A stretch of DNA of 64,000 bases from Bacteroidota bacterium (GCA_947504725.1 CANNHN010000001.1:521425-585424), one strand, 5' to 3'. Numbered from the stretch's first letter, positions 38,293 to 49,204 are shown. Made by a program: numbers and translations. Notes: generated by a model from the letters alone, not told the origin.

Positions 38293-39006
38293 TTGAACAA
38301 ATTTGTAAAATATAATCTAGTTATACTTATTGCTCTTGTCAGCTTTAAAACGGTTGCACAAGACCATAGAGGAAACTTACCAACGTATTACAAAGAGCGC
38401 TTGCACTTTGGATTTACACTTGGAGTTAATCGTGCGAATTTCATAGTTCATCCTGTACCGCATTTTGAAAGATTCGACACATTAAAAAGTGTTACTTCTG
38501 TTCCTAAATACGGATTCAATTTAGGAATTGTATCTGAGTTAATGTTGCATCAATACATCACGCTCCGTTTCATTCCTAATCTTTCGTTTGCTGAGCGTAA
38601 CATTCAATATGATTTCCAAGGATTCGACACAATCGTTAGAAAAAAGACCATTGAATCTACTTTTTTAAACTTTCCATTAAATTTGAAATTACGTTCCAAA
38701 CGAGTTGGAAATTTCGGAGCCTATATATTAGCAGGTGGTAGTTATAGCTTGGATTTAGCATCCAAAAGAAAAGCTGTTACCAGCACTGACCCCAATGAGC
38801 AAATTGTAAAACTTAAACGTGATGACTTTGGCTATGAAGTTGGTGCCGGAGCTGAATTCTATTTAGAATATTTCAAATTCGCGATCGAAGGGAAATTAAG
38901 TATCGGAACAAGAGATTTATTGATAAAAGACAATACCGTTTATTCAAATTCAATTGACAAATTGAACTCAAAAGTATTTTTGATTTCGATTACGTTTGAA
39001 GGATAA
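38293..39006 (+). CDS. PorT-family outer-membrane beta-barrel protein (T9SS-associated), tentative
   Basis: Signal peptide, about 237 aa, beta-strand pattern ending in F. Sits in the conserved ubiE-porT arrangement seen in Bacteroidota. Confidence 0.45.
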   Translation: MNKFVKYNLVILIALVSFKTVAQDHRGNLPTYYKERLHFGFTLGVNRANFIVHPVPHFERFDTLKSVTSVPKYGFNLGIVSELMLHQYITLRFIPNLSFAERNIQYDFQGFDTIVRKKTIESTFLNFPLNLKLRSKRVGNFGAYILAGGSYSLDLASKRKAVTSTDPNEQIVKLKRDDFGYEVGAGAEFYLEYFKFAIEGKLSIGTRDLLIKDNTVYSNSIDKLNSKVFLISITFEG

Positions 39007-39069
39007 CCCCTCGACTACGCTCGGGGTGACAAAATTAACACTGCACGATAAAAACGTGCCTGACAAAAA

Positions 39070-40653
39070 ATGAAAAACGAACTCAACTTAGTTCTCTCAC
39101 CAGAAGAGGCTGCCAACGAAAGTGTAATAAAATCAATTGCTGCCCAGCAATTACACATTCCTGAATCCAACATCACTTTTGTTAAAATCCTTAAACGTTC
39201 GATTGACGCACGTTCCCGCAATATAAAAATCAATTTAAGGATTGATGTTTATGTCAATGAACAAGTACCTGAAAGTCCAAATTACAAAATCTCCTACTCC
39301 AATGTTTCACCCAAAACTCCTGTGATTGTTATCGGAGCTGGACCAGCAGGATTATTTGCTGCGCTCGAGTTGATTGAAAAAGGAATGAAACCAATTGTAA
39401 TCGAAAGAGGAAAAACAGTCAAAGACCGAAGAAGAGATTTAGCTGCAATCAACAAAGAAGGAATTGTAAATCCACATTCGAATTATTGTTTTGGAGAAGG
39501 TGGTGCCGGAACATATAGTGATGGCAAGCTTTATACGCGTTCCACAAAACGTGGCGACATCACCAAAGTATTGGAACTATTTGTTGCACACGGAGCTGAT
39601 GAAACAATTTTAATTGAAGCACATCCGCATATTGGCACAAATAAACTTCCAAAAATAATTGAAGCCATGCGTCAAACGATTATCGACAATGGTGGAGAAA
39701 TACATTTCAATACGCATTTGATTGATTTGATTGTAAAAAACAATTCGATAAAAGGAGTTGTTTGCAAACAATTGGAAAAAGACACAACTACTGAATTTAT
39801 TGCTGATTCGGTCATTTTAGCAACGGGACATAGTGCCAGAGATATTTTCGAATTGTTACATTCAAAAAATATTTTAATAGAAGGAAAAACATTTGCTATG
39901 GGCGTTCGTGTTGAACATCCGCAAGCTTTGATTGATTCCTTACAATACCATTGCAATTTAAATGAAGTCGCAAAAAAGCGCGATTATCTTCCTGCATCAT
40001 CTTATAGTTTAGTGCATCAAGCATTGGGACGAGGAGTGTACTCGTTTTGTATGTGTCCGGGCGGAATTATTGCTCCCTGCGCAACAGCGCCCGGAGAAGT
40101 GGTGACAAATGGTTGGTCGCCCTCCAAACGAAACAACCCGTTTGCTAATTCGGGAATTGTTGTAACGATTGAACCGGAAGACTATCAAAAATTTGCGTCA
40201 CACGGACCATTAGCTGGATTGCGCTATCAACAAGCAATGGAAAAAATGGCATTTGAAGCTGGGGGGAATGGACAAACAGCTCCAGCGCAACGATTACAGG
40301 ATTTTGTGAATGGGAAATTGTCTCCACTCCTACCCGATGTTTCTTATCAACCTGGAATTAAATCGGCTCCGTTACATGAATTGCTTCCACCAGAAATTGG
40401 AAAACGTTTGCAATTGGGTTTTGCAGAATTTGGAAAAAAGATGAGAGGTTATTTGAGTAACGATGCAGTAATTGTAGGTGTGGAATCCAGAACATCATCA
40501 CCCGTTCGAATACCAAGAGATAAAGAAACGCTGGAACATCCTCAAATCAAAGGGTTATACCCTTGCGGAGAAGGTGCTGGTTATGCTGGAGGAATTGTTT
40601 CAGCAGCAATTGATGGACAAAAATGTGCAAATGCAATCGCTTGTTTAAAATAA
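39070..40653 (+). CDS. FAD-dependent oxidoreductase (COG2509-type)
   Basis: Dinucleotide-binding motif VIVIGAGPAGLFAALEL. About 527 aa. Confidence 0.65.
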   Translation: MKNELNLVLSPEEAANESVIKSIAAQQLHIPESNITFVKILKRSIDARSRNIKINLRIDVYVNEQVPESPNYKISYSNVSPKTPVIVIGAGPAGLFAALELIEKGMKPIVIERGKTVKDRRRDLAAINKEGIVNPHSNYCFGEGGAGTYSDGKLYTRSTKRGDITKVLELFVAHGADETILIEAHPHIGTNKLPKIIEAMRQTIIDNGGEIHFNTHLIDLIVKNNSIKGVVCKQLEKDTTTEFIADSVILATGHSARDIFELLHSKNILIEGKTFAMGVRVEHPQALIDSLQYHCNLNEVAKKRDYLPASSYSLVHQALGRGVYSFCMCPGGIIAPCATAPGEVVTNGWSPSKRNNPFANSGIVVTIEPEDYQKFASHGPLAGLRYQQAMEKMAFEAGGNGQTAPAQRLQDFVNGKLSPLLPDVSYQPGIKSAPLHELLPPEIGKRLQLGFAEFGKKMRGYLSNDAVIVGVESRTSSPVRIPRDKETLEHPQIKGLYPCGEGAGYAGGIVSAAIDGQKCANAIACLK

Positions 40654-40679
40654 GTAACTTTGTAGAAATTTAGAACACA

Positions 40680-41045
40680 ATGAAATTCATTATTCAACTT
40701 ATCATCGTCACCCTTGCAGTGCTTATTTCCTCTTATCTATTACCTGGTGTGAGCATCGAAGGAAATAATTTTTTAACTGCATTGGTTGTTGCAGCAGTAT
40801 TATCGTTTTTGAATGCAGTAGTAAAACCAATCATGATTATACTCACTATCCCTGTTACCATTATAACTTTCGGATTGTTTTTATTGGTCATTAATGCATT
40901 GATGATTTTATTGGCTGCTAAAATTGTAGATGGATTCCATGTAGAAGGATTCTGTTACGCACTTTTATTCAGTTTTATTTTATCACTCGTTACATCTCTT
41001 TTGGAGGGAGTAAAAAAACGTGACGAACACGAAGGGAACATATAG
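40680..41045 (+). CDS. small 4-TM membrane protein (Phage_holin_4_2-like family)
   Basis: 121 aa with four hydrophobic helices and a charged C-terminal tail. Confidence 0.45.
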   Translation: MKFIIQLIIVTLAVLISSYLLPGVSIEGNNFLTALVVAAVLSFLNAVVKPIMIILTIPVTIITFGLFLLVINALMILLAAKIVDGFHVEGFCYALLFSFILSLVTSLLEGVKKRDEHEGNI

Positions 41046-41107
41046 TTGGGAGTCTGGAGTAAAGGGATCGTAGACTTTTAAGAAGTCGCATTACCCTTAA
41101 AAACGTC

Positions 41108-41140
41108 ATCCTGTGCCACGACACGGGATCTCATTATTAG
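41108..41140 (+). terminator. hairpin/terminator candidate
   Basis: atcctgtg (41108-41115), loop ccacga, cacgggat (41122-41129, one G-U pair), followed by ctcattatt. Confidence 0.3.
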
Positions 41141-41220
41141 AAGCAGAAGCACTGTTAAGAGTTAGTTATTTTAGGAGTGAAAAAGATTTAAACGTTACAT
41201 TTTAGATTTAAAAAAAAATC

Positions 41221-42054
41221 ATGAAAGTAGGAGAATACAACGAGTTGGAAGTAGTAAAGGAATTGGATTTCGGAATTTACTTTCGTGAAGGTGATGTAGA
41301 AATTTTAATGCCAACAAAATGGGTTCCTCAAGGAACAAAAATTGGCGACACTTTAAATGTTTTTGTCTTTAGAGATTCGGATGATCGATTGATTGCTACT
41401 ACAGTAAAGCCTTTCGCTATTGCTGACACATTTGCTTTTTTGGAAGCCAAACAAGTAAATGAAATTGGTGCGTTTATGGATTGGGGGATGGATAAAGATT
41501 TATTAGTTCCATTCCGTGAGCAAGCACAACGCATGGACGCAGGAAAAAGCTATGTCGTGTTTGTATATTTGGATGAAGAAACTGATAGATTAGTTGGCTC
41601 AACAAAACTAAGTCGATTTATTATTCGTGAAGACATAGATGTTCAAGAAGGTGATATTGTTGATTTACTGATTTATTCGGAAACAGATTTAGGTTACAAT
41701 GCCATAGTAAATGATCTTTACACAGGATTGATTTATAAAAATGAAATTTTCGAAGCCATTCGTGTTGGTGATAAAATGCAAGGATTTGTAAAACGTGTAC
41801 GCGAGGATGAAAAGATAGATTTAAGTTTACAAAAAAGTGGATTTGAATTGGTAGATGATGTAAAATGGAGAATTTTAAAACTGATTAAAGAAGAAAACGG
41901 ATTTTTAGCGTTGAATGACAACAGTACACCAGAAGAAATAAAAGCAAAACTTCAGATTAGTAAAAAAGCTTTCAAAAAAGCGATTGGTGCTCTTTATAGA
42001 GAACGTTTGGTAAAGTTGACGGAGAAAGGTGTTGAGTTAATTGATAAAAAATAA
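41221..42054 (+). CDS. S1 RNA-binding domain protein (CvfB/YitL family)
   Basis: 277 aa. N-terminal MKVGEYNELEVVKELDFGIYF pattern of tandem S1-like domains plus a C-terminal winged helix. Confidence 0.6.
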   Translation: MKVGEYNELEVVKELDFGIYFREGDVEILMPTKWVPQGTKIGDTLNVFVFRDSDDRLIATTVKPFAIADTFAFLEAKQVNEIGAFMDWGMDKDLLVPFREQAQRMDAGKSYVVFVYLDEETDRLVGSTKLSRFIIREDIDVQEGDIVDLLIYSETDLGYNAIVNDLYTGLIYKNEIFEAIRVGDKMQGFVKRVREDEKIDLSLQKSGFELVDDVKWRILKLIKEENGFLALNDNSTPEEIKAKLQISKKAFKKAIGALYRERLVKLTEKGVELIDKK

Positions 42055-42055
42055 T

Positions 42056-42529
42056 TTACTGATGATGATACGGCTCATTCTTTAAAATCGTCATCCCTCT
42101 GTAAATCTGTTCAACAAAAAACAACCGTACCATTTGATGTGAAAAGGTCATTTTAGACAATGCGATTTTCCCATTGGCTCTTTTGTAAACTGCATCCGAA
42201 AATCCATAAGGTCCGCCCACTACAAATACCAAATTTTTAATTCCTGAGTTCATTTGTTGTTGAAGAAAACCCGAAAAATCAACAGAATCGTATTCTTTCC
42301 CATTTTCATCAAGCAAAATCAATCTATCTGAAGTCTCAATTTCCTTAAATAATAGTTCTCCTTCTTTTTCCTTTTGTTGCTCAACACTCAAGGCTTTGGT
42401 GTTTTTAAGGGCTGGAATTACAATCGTTTCGAACGATAAATAGTGTTTCAGCCTTTTCTCGTATGCTGAAATGCCTTTGACTAAGTATTCTTCCTCTGTT
42501 TTACCGTTAAGAATGAGTGTAATTTTCAT
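42056..42529 (-). CDS. rlmH: 23S rRNA (pseudouridine1915-N3)-methyltransferase RlmH
   Basis: MKITLILNGKTEEEYLVKGISAYEKRL with a SPOUT fold, about 157 aa. The start is taken at MKITLI. Confidence 0.75.
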   Translation of the reverse strand: MKITLILNGKTEEEYLVKGISAYEKRLKHYLSFETIVIPALKNTKALSVEQQKEKEGELLFKEIETSDRLILLDENGKEYDSVDFSGFLQQQMNSGIKNLVFVVGGPYGFSDAVYKRANGKIALSKMTFSHQMVRLFFVEQIYRGMTILKNEPYHHQ

Positions 42530-42658
42530 ATTTGGTTTGTTTATCAATGCAAAAAAACTATATTTTTGTGGTATAGCAAACTAAAATCGAATGTTCCTTC
42601 CATTTTAAATGAAAAATGGCTTAATAATTGCATTTAGTCAGCTATTAAATTAAACAAG

Positions 42659-43051
42659 ATGAAAATTAAAGCAGCATTTATTTTATTTATTATTTCTATT
42701 TCTTCATTTGCATTTACAATCGATGTAATTGATGATATTGCTGCTGCTATCCGTTCTGGAAACCCTAAAAACATTTCTAAATTTTTTATTGACAACATCG
42801 ACTTAAAAGTAATTGAGAAGGAAGATGTTTATAGCAAACAACAAGCTGAAATGATTTTGAAAGACTTCTTTAGTAAACATGCAGTTAAGTCTTATACCGT
42901 TGCTCATAAAAGTCAGCCTAAAGCTGGTTCACAATATGTAATTGGCACCTTGGAAACTTCCAACGGTAAATTCAGAACTTATTTCTTATTAAAAACCACT
43001 GGCACTCAAACGCTAATTCAGCAATTTAGAATTGAAACTGAAAATGAGTAA
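42659..43051 (+). CDS. DUF4783-like secreted protein
   Basis: Signal peptide. 130 aa small conserved Bacteroidota protein. Confidence 0.4.
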   Translation: MKIKAAFILFIISISSFAFTIDVIDDIAAAIRSGNPKNISKFFIDNIDLKVIEKEDVYSKQQAEMILKDFFSKHAVKSYTVAHKSQPKAGSQYVIGTLETSNGKFRTYFLLKTTGTQTLIQQFRIETENE

Positions 43052-43913
43052 ATCTTTATCGCCTGAGCGTCTTTACAATTTTAATATCCAAAATTTTATT
43101 ATTTCAGCATTGGCTGAAGATACAGGCGATGGTGATCACACGTCTTTAGCTTGCATTCCAAATTCTGCAAAAGGCAAAGCACATTTATTAGTAAAAGAAA
43201 ATGGTATTCTTGCTGGAGTTGAGTTAGCAGTAGAAATATTCAAAACGGTTGACAAATCACTAAAAGTAAACGTTTTCATGAAAGATGGTTGCAAAATAAA
43301 AGTAGGTGATATTGTTTTGACTGTAGAAGGAAAATCACAATCCATTTTATTGGCCGAACGCTTGGTTTTAAATTGCATGCAACGTATGAGTGGTATTGCT
43401 ACAAAAACAAATCAATTGGTAACATTGTGCAAAGGCACCAAAACGAAAGTAATTGACACGCGTAAAACAAGTCCGAATTTGCGAGGATTGGAAAAGTGGG
43501 CTGTATTGCTTGGCGGTGGCGCTAATCATAGAATTGGATTATATGACATGATTTTAATCAAAGACAACCACATTGATTATGCTGGAGGAATTAGGCAAGC
43601 GATTGATGCTTCAAAAAAATATTTGAAGTCAAAGAACAAAAAACTTAAGATTGAAGTGGAAGCTAGAAATTTAAATGAAGTAAAAGAAATTTTATCGATT
43701 GGTGGAATCAATCGCATTATGTTGGATAACTTTTCGATTGCTGATATAAAGAAAGCAGTAAAGCTCATTGCTGGCAAGTATGAAACAGAAGCTTCTGGTG
43801 GAATAACCGAAAAAAACATCAGCAGTTATGCTAAATGCGGAGTTGATTATATTTCGGTTGGAGCACTTACACATCATATCAAAAGTCTAGATTTAAGTTT
43901 AAAAGCTATTTAG
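43044..43913 (+). CDS. nadC: nicotinate-nucleotide diphosphorylase (carboxylating), quinolinate phosphoribosyltransferase
   Basis: ALAEDTGDGDHTSLACI and the TIM-barrel C-terminus of QAPRTases. Confidence 0.85.
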   Translation: MSKSLSPERLYNFNIQNFIISALAEDTGDGDHTSLACIPNSAKGKAHLLVKENGILAGVELAVEIFKTVDKSLKVNVFMKDGCKIKVGDIVLTVEGKSQSILLAERLVLNCMQRMSGIATKTNQLVTLCKGTKTKVIDTRKTSPNLRGLEKWAVLLGGGANHRIGLYDMILIKDNHIDYAGGIRQAIDASKKYLKSKNKKLKIEVEARNLNEVKEILSIGGINRIMLDNFSIADIKKAVKLIAGKYETEASGGITEKNISSYAKCGVDYISVGALTHHIKSLDLSLKAI

Positions 43914-43915
43914 AA

Positions 43916-44854
43916 ATGCATTTCAATACCATCAGACGAATAATAAAGATTACACCTGCCTTTAAGTTAATTAAGGCAAGCAGAAAGATTGTTATTCCTG
44001 GATTTGAAGGCTTATCATTTTATTTAGTCACTAAATTTTTTTTTAAAGGATTACAAAATGGCGCTTTAAATATGAGGGCGACATCCTTAGCCTTTAGTTT
44101 TTTTTTAGCGCTCTTCCCTACTATCATATTTCTATTTACGCTTATCCCGTATATTCCAATTGACGACTTTAATGCCTATTTGTTTGGACTTTTACAAAAG
44201 ATGATGCCCGCTGCTGCATTTGAGGCAACAGAATCAACAATTACTGACATTATCAGCAATAAAAAAGGAGGATTATTATCGATTGGCTTTTTTACTGCGC
44301 TCTATTTTTCTACCAACGGATTTAATGCAATGATCAATGCGTTCAATGAAACATATCATGAAATAGAAACGCGTAAGCCACTTCAACAAAGGCTTATATC
44401 ACTTTATATGTTATTCCTAACAGTTATTTTGATGTCGGTTTCAATTGCAATTTTAATTTATAGTGAGTTTGGATTCCGACAAATAAAACTCAATAACAAA
44501 TCATTTTATTATATTCTTTCGATATTTAAATGGATAGTGCTATTTGGAATGTTTTATGCCATCATTTCTTTTAATTATTTTCTTGGTCCAAAACGAAAAC
44601 AAGGATGGCGATTTTTTTCAGCAGGGTCAATGTTTGCTACCGTTTTTATTATCATTGCAACAATGGGATTCGCCTATTATGTAAACAACTTTGGTAATTA
44701 CAATAAGCTTTACGGATCAATTGGAACATTAATCGTAATTATGATGATGATTTACATCAATTCATTGATATTACTTCTAGGCTTTGATTTAAATGTAAGC
44801 ATCCTAAGTGCAAAAAAGCATAAAGACTTATTCAAACACGTTAGAATTAGATAA
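43916..44854 (+). CDS. YihY/BrkB family membrane protein
   Basis: 6 TM helices and YihY-like length (312 aa). Confidence 0.6.
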   Translation: MHFNTIRRIIKITPAFKLIKASRKIVIPGFEGLSFYLVTKFFFKGLQNGALNMRATSLAFSFFLALFPTIIFLFTLIPYIPIDDFNAYLFGLLQKMMPAAAFEATESTITDIISNKKGGLLSIGFFTALYFSTNGFNAMINAFNETYHEIETRKPLQQRLISLYMLFLTVILMSVSIAILIYSEFGFRQIKLNNKSFYYILSIFKWIVLFGMFYAIISFNYFLGPKRKQGWRFFSAGSMFATVFIIIATMGFAYYVNNFGNYNKLYGSIGTLIVIMMMIYINSLILLLGFDLNVSILSAKKHKDLFKHVRIR

Positions 44855-45614
44855 CGTCTCGTTTATCATCATTGGTATCCATATTTCTTTTCACATCCTT
44901 CCGTTTCATTCGAATATTCAAGAATTCTACAAAAAGTGAAAAACCAATCGAGATATAAATAAACTTTTTATCAATGTGTTCGTGAAATGCCTCTAAAATA
45001 AGGACAGTCCCGATCATTAATAAAAAAGAAAGTGCTAAAACTTTAATCGTAGGGTTGTCATTAATAAAATCACTTACTTTTCCTGAGAAAATTATCATGA
45101 TTACCATAGCAATTATAACAGCCAAAATCATGATTAATAAATTTGTTACCAAACCTACAGCCGTTAAGATTGAATCGAATGAGAAAACAATATCAATCAA
45201 TACAATCTGTAATACGATTGCATTAAAACTAACCTTCTTTACATTCATTGCTTCATCATCATATCCTTGAATTTTATTGTGTAATTCAACAGTTGTTTTA
45301 TAAAGCAAAAATACCCCGCCAGAAAATAGAATTAAGTCACGACCGGTAACACCAAAATCTCCAATAAAGAATAACGCTTCTTTTAATCCTACAATCCAAG
45401 AGATACTAAAAAGCAATGCTACACGCATCACCAAAGCCATCATTAAGCCAATAGCTCTAGCTTTTCCTTGCTCGGCACGCGGTAATTTTCCAGATATAAT
45501 GGATATAAAAATGATGTTATCAATCCCTAAAACTATCTCCAATACTGATAAAGTTAGTAAACTGATAAGGGAGGCAACCGAAAAAAGCTCGTTAAAATCT
45601 TGGGCTAAATGCAT
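44847..45614 (-). CDS. TerC family integral membrane protein
   Basis: Multi-TM protein with the TerC-like repeated GIDNIIFISI...SFDSILTAVGLV pattern. Confidence 0.65.
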   Translation of the reverse strand: MHLAQDFNELFSVASLISLLTLSVLEIVLGIDNIIFISIISGKLPRAEQGKARAIGLMMALVMRVALLFSISWIVGLKEALFFIGDFGVTGRDLILFSGGVFLLYKTTVELHNKIQGYDDEAMNVKKVSFNAIVLQIVLIDIVFSFDSILTAVGLVTNLLIMILAVIIAMVIMIIFSGKVSDFINDNPTIKVLALSFLLMIGTVLILEAFHEHIDKKFIYISIGFSLFVEFLNIRMKRKDVKRNMDTNDDKRDVI

Positions 45615-45740
45615 ATTCGAATTAAATTTTTACAAAAATACGGAGAATTTTTAGATTCATTTGAAAATTTTTCTCATTGATTTTCAATAACTTAAAGAAT
45701 ATTTTAGTACTATGTGATACAAGGTACTACATTTTGTATA

Positions 45741-45748
45741 TATCTTTG
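45741..45748 (+). promoter_or_regulatory. -7 box TAtcTTTG upstream of PadR-PspC pair
   Basis: TAnnTTTG match about 90 nt upstream of the ATG. Adjacent direct repeat GTACTAyrT (45713-45721 and 45729-45737) is a possible operator. Confidence 0.3.
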
Positions 45749-45836
45749 CATTGTCAATTAGCGGATTTGACGAAATCTAAAAATGACCCTTGATAGCTAC
45801 AAGGAAAAATTGAACTAACATTTTAATAATAGAAAC

Positions 45837-46166
45837 ATGAACATAGAAAACACAAAAGCGCAAATGAAAAAAGGCGTACTTGAGTTTTGCATTTTGTCGG
45901 TGCTTTCGGGAGGAGAAAATTATCCATCAGAGATCATTACAAAAATGAAAGATGCAAAACTCATAGTTGTGGAAGGCACATTATATCCACTACTAATGCG
46001 ACTTAAAAATGATGGCCTATTAAGCTATCGTTGGGAAGAATCAACTTCCGGACCTCCAAGAAAGTACTACAAACTCACACCCGTAGGCGAACAATTTTTA
46101 AAAGAATTGGAAATGACCTGGAATGAACTAGTAGATGCAGTAAATAAAACAATACAAAAAAATTGA
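45837..46166 (+). CDS. PadR family transcriptional regulator
   Basis: Winged-helix EFCILSVL...YPSEI...GTLYPLLMRLKNDGLL pattern. Confidence 0.85.
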   Translation: MNIENTKAQMKKGVLEFCILSVLSGGENYPSEIITKMKDAKLIVVEGTLYPLLMRLKNDGLLSYRWEESTSGPPRKYYKLTPVGEQFLKELEMTWNELVDAVNKTIQKN

Positions 46167-46222
46167 ATTTGGGATTAAGAAGTTGGAAAGCAACAAAAAT
46201 CACAAACTAAAAAACTAAGAAA

Positions 46223-47929
46223 ATGAACAAAACTATAACAATGAACTTAAGCGGCATCATATTCCACATCGAAGAAGATGCTTATGAAATGCTTAACAAA
46301 TATCTAAGTACCATAAGAGGTTACTTCAACGATTCTGAAGGTCGTGATGAAATTATGAGTGATATAGAATCACGCATTGCTGAGATGTTACAAGAAAAAG
46401 TAAGCACAACAAAACAAGCTGTTCTTAAGATGGATGTGGAAAGTGTTATCGCTGTAATGGGTAAGCCAGAAGAGTTTGCAGGCGACAATGCCGACAATTC
46501 TAACAACGGAACTAAAACGGAAAATAAAACTTCTGAAGATGGAAGCAAAAGAAGAAGAGTGTTCCGCGATCCAGATGATAAAGTTGTAGGAGGTGTTTGC
46601 TCTGGAATTGCAAATTATTTCGACTTCGATCCAATTTGGTTAAGAGCGGCATTTGCTATCAGTTTCTTTGTATTTGGTTCGGGACTAATCTTGTATATTA
46701 TTTTATGCATTATAATTCCTAAAGCAAAAACAACTGCAGAAAAATTAGAAATGCGTGGAGAAAAAGTAGACATCAACAACATCAGCAAAAGTGTTAACGA
46801 AGAATTCGAAGAATTCAAACAACGAATGGAAAAATTCGGAAATGATGTTAGTTCTAAAGAAAACAGACAACGTGTTAGAACTTCGACACAAAAAGCAGCA
46901 GATTTTATAGGTGATGTTTTGAAAAACATTTTTCAAATAGTTGGGAAAATATTTTCTGTTGTTTTGATCGTGTTTGCTGTATTTATGATTGTTATATTAT
47001 TAGGATCCTTATTCGGAAGAAATTTTATTCATATGAATACAAATGATGTCGATTTTTCCTACTCTATTTATGACATGATGCATAGCATTTTTCCGAACGA
47101 TTTACCAATTGAATTTGCTATAATCGGATTGGTTCTATTCCTTGGATTGCCATTATTATCAATGATTTATGGCGGAGTACGTTACCTTTTCGGAATCAAA
47201 CAAAAAAATAAAATTGTAAGCTATACTTCTACTATTTTATGGCTAACAGGATTAGCATTTATAATTTATGTGGTTTATCAAATAAGTGACGATTTTAAAG
47301 AAGATGCTACAAGCAAACAAAACATCGAACTTGTTTCAACAAAATCTGATACACTTTACTTATCGTTAAAAAAATATGATAAATACGGATTGAGCAAAAA
47401 TGCAGATGAAAATTACGATTCTAGAATCTTAATCGACAATTGGACATTGCTTAAAAAAGACGGAAAAACAACAAGCTTGGGCTATCCAAAATTTGATATC
47501 GTATTAAATGAAATTGATAGTGTGGAATTGATAGCAATAAAATCAGCTTCAGGTGTAGATAAGAAAGAAGCCTTTTATCGTGCAAAACAAATTTCGTATA
47601 GTATAAACCAAAATGACTCGTTGATTGAATTTAATCCTGAGTTTGATATTCAAAACGGAGATAAATGGAGAAACCAGAATTTAAAATTGGTTTTAAAAAT
47701 CCCAGTAGGCAAAGTGGTATTTCTATCTTCAAATATGAAACACATCATTCACGATATTGACAATGTAACAAATACATATGATGGAGACATGGTGAACAGA
47801 AGATGGAAAATGACTAGCAGAGGATTAGAATGCATGGATTGTGAAGGATTAAATGATTTTGTAGATCATCACAAATACGATGATGTACTTGCACCACCAC
47901 CTGCACCACCTGCTCATATTGAATATTAA
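46223..47929 (+). CDS. PspC domain-containing membrane protein
   Basis: PspC motif VGGVCSGIANYFDFDPIWLRAAF plus TM helices. Conserved PadR-PspC pairing. Confidence 0.75.
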   Translation: MNKTITMNLSGIIFHIEEDAYEMLNKYLSTIRGYFNDSEGRDEIMSDIESRIAEMLQEKVSTTKQAVLKMDVESVIAVMGKPEEFAGDNADNSNNGTKTENKTSEDGSKRRRVFRDPDDKVVGGVCSGIANYFDFDPIWLRAAFAISFFVFGSGLILYIILCIIIPKAKTTAEKLEMRGEKVDINNISKSVNEEFEEFKQRMEKFGNDVSSKENRQRVRTSTQKAADFIGDVLKNIFQIVGKIFSVVLIVFAVFMIVILLGSLFGRNFIHMNTNDVDFSYSIYDMMHSIFPNDLPIEFAIIGLVLFLGLPLLSMIYGGVRYLFGIKQKNKIVSYTSTILWLTGLAFIIYVVYQISDDFKEDATSKQNIELVSTKSDTLYLSLKKYDKYGLSKNADENYDSRILIDNWTLLKKDGKTTSLGYPKFDIVLNEIDSVELIAIKSASGVDKKEAFYRAKQISYSINQNDSLIEFNPEFDIQNGDKWRNQNLKLVLKIPVGKVVFLSSNMKHIIHDIDNVTNTYDGDMVNRRWKMTSRGLECMDCEGLNDFVDHHKYDDVLAPPPAPPAHIEY

Positions 47930-48008
47930 ATAAATTAATTAATAGCTGTAACTTTTAGATAAGCTAATCGTCAGATATAAAACAAACTAAAAAAACATCC
48001 CTATAAAA

Positions 48009-48329
48009 ATGAAAAAGATAATAATATTAGTTGTTGCCATATTCATAAGTACTATGACAACAATTGCCGGAAACGGTACAAGTATCAACTCTGTAATCAG
48101 CAATCAATTAAAAGTTCCAAAAGAACTAAATAGTAGCAAGTTGAACGAAAAAGTAAATGTTCAATTTAAAATTTCAGAAAATGGTACAGCAACTGTTATG
48201 AATGTAGAAACAAGCAGTCCCGAATTGAAAAATTATATTATAAATCAGTTTCCTAAAATGAATTTCGACAAGGTTTCAGAAAAACAAGGAGCAGTTTATT
48301 TTGTAGATATCAACTTCAAAGTAATTTAA
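48009..48329 (+). CDS. hypothetical secreted protein
   Basis: Signal peptide. 106 aa. Confidence 0.4.
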   Translation: MKKIIILVVAIFISTMTTIAGNGTSINSVISNQLKVPKELNSSKLNEKVNVQFKISENGTATVMNVETSSPELKNYIINQFPKMNFDKVSEKQGAVYFVDINFKVI

Positions 48330-48416
48330 TTAAAACAAGGGGTATAAAGTCGTGCAAAAGCTTAATACAGGGGAATGAGTTCGTAGCATTTCTCATTCTC
48401 CGCCCCTTTCGTTTAG

Positions 48417-48450
48417 AAAGCGATATTGTATTTCAATATCGCTTTTTTTT
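48417..48450 (+). terminator. intrinsic terminator
   Basis: aaagcgatattg (48417-48428), loop tattt, caatatcgcttt (48434-48445), then ttttttt. 12-bp perfect stem. A second imperfect GC-clamped hairpin sits just upstream (48370-48406). Confidence 0.75.
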
Positions 48451-48475
48451 ATTTATATTTGTTCAAATAAGCTAC

Positions 48476-49120
48476 ATGAAAAACATACTTTTCAGTACAA
48501 TTTTCTTCTTTTCTATTGGCAATCTATTTTCTCAAGATACAATCTTTAAAAGAAATTCAGAAATTGTTATTGCAAAAATTTTGGAGATCAGTCCAACAGA
48601 AATCAAATATAAAAAATTTGATTACCAGGACGGCCCCACCTATACTGAATCTAAATCCAATATAAAACAAGTTATTTATTCCAGCGGAATGAAGGAAGTT
48701 TTTGAAGTAAAACTACCCGAAGAGCAAAAAGTTGTTTATTTGGACAACTCGGAATATTATGATGGAACAAAATATGACAAAATAGATATGTTGCATACCA
48801 ATAAATATCTACAACAAAATAAATATTACAATGAACGAGAAATGCACAAATTGCTTATTAATACAAATGATAGAAAAATAGCTGAGTTAGTTAAAGTTTC
48901 AAAACGTTCTCATGGTCTTCAATATATTGGATTTGCAGCTTTTCCATTAGGAATAGCTACTCTTATGAGTTTTGCTATTAATGAACCAGCTGTCGGTATA
49001 TCTGTAGGTGGTATTTGTCTTTTGGGAACTATTGCCTGCCCAATAGCTTCTTCCGTTTTTAAGAAAAAAAGAAAAGCGAGTAATCAAGCAGCAGTAAATC
49101 TATACAACCAAGAGCATTAA
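48476..49120 (+). CDS. hypothetical protein with signal peptide and C-terminal TM helices
   Basis: No recognisable motif. Confidence 0.4.
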   Translation: MKNILFSTIFFFSIGNLFSQDTIFKRNSEIVIAKILEISPTEIKYKKFDYQDGPTYTESKSNIKQVIYSSGMKEVFEVKLPEEQKVVYLDNSEYYDGTKYDKIDMLHTNKYLQQNKYYNEREMHKLLINTNDRKIAELVKVSKRSHGLQYIGFAAFPLGIATLMSFAINEPAVGISVGGICLLGTIACPIASSVFKKKRKASNQAAVNLYNQEH

Positions 49121-49204
49121 CACATTCTAAATTAAGGCATTAGATAGCAGTTTTCTTTTTTTCACAAAATCTAAAAACACCCTGTTTTTGCTATTACAAA
49201 TACT

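Noticed and set aside
39007-39055. Possible terminator after the PorT-like gene (cccc...gggg and cacg-ataaaaa-cgtg)
   Set aside because: Only 4-5-bp stems with large or irregular loops and no T-run. Too weak to call.
45713-45737. PadR operator (GTACTAyrT direct repeat; ATGT...ACAT)
   Set aside because: It could be a binding site but the spacing does not match the usual PadR inverted-repeat geometry. Kept only as a note inside the promoter feature.
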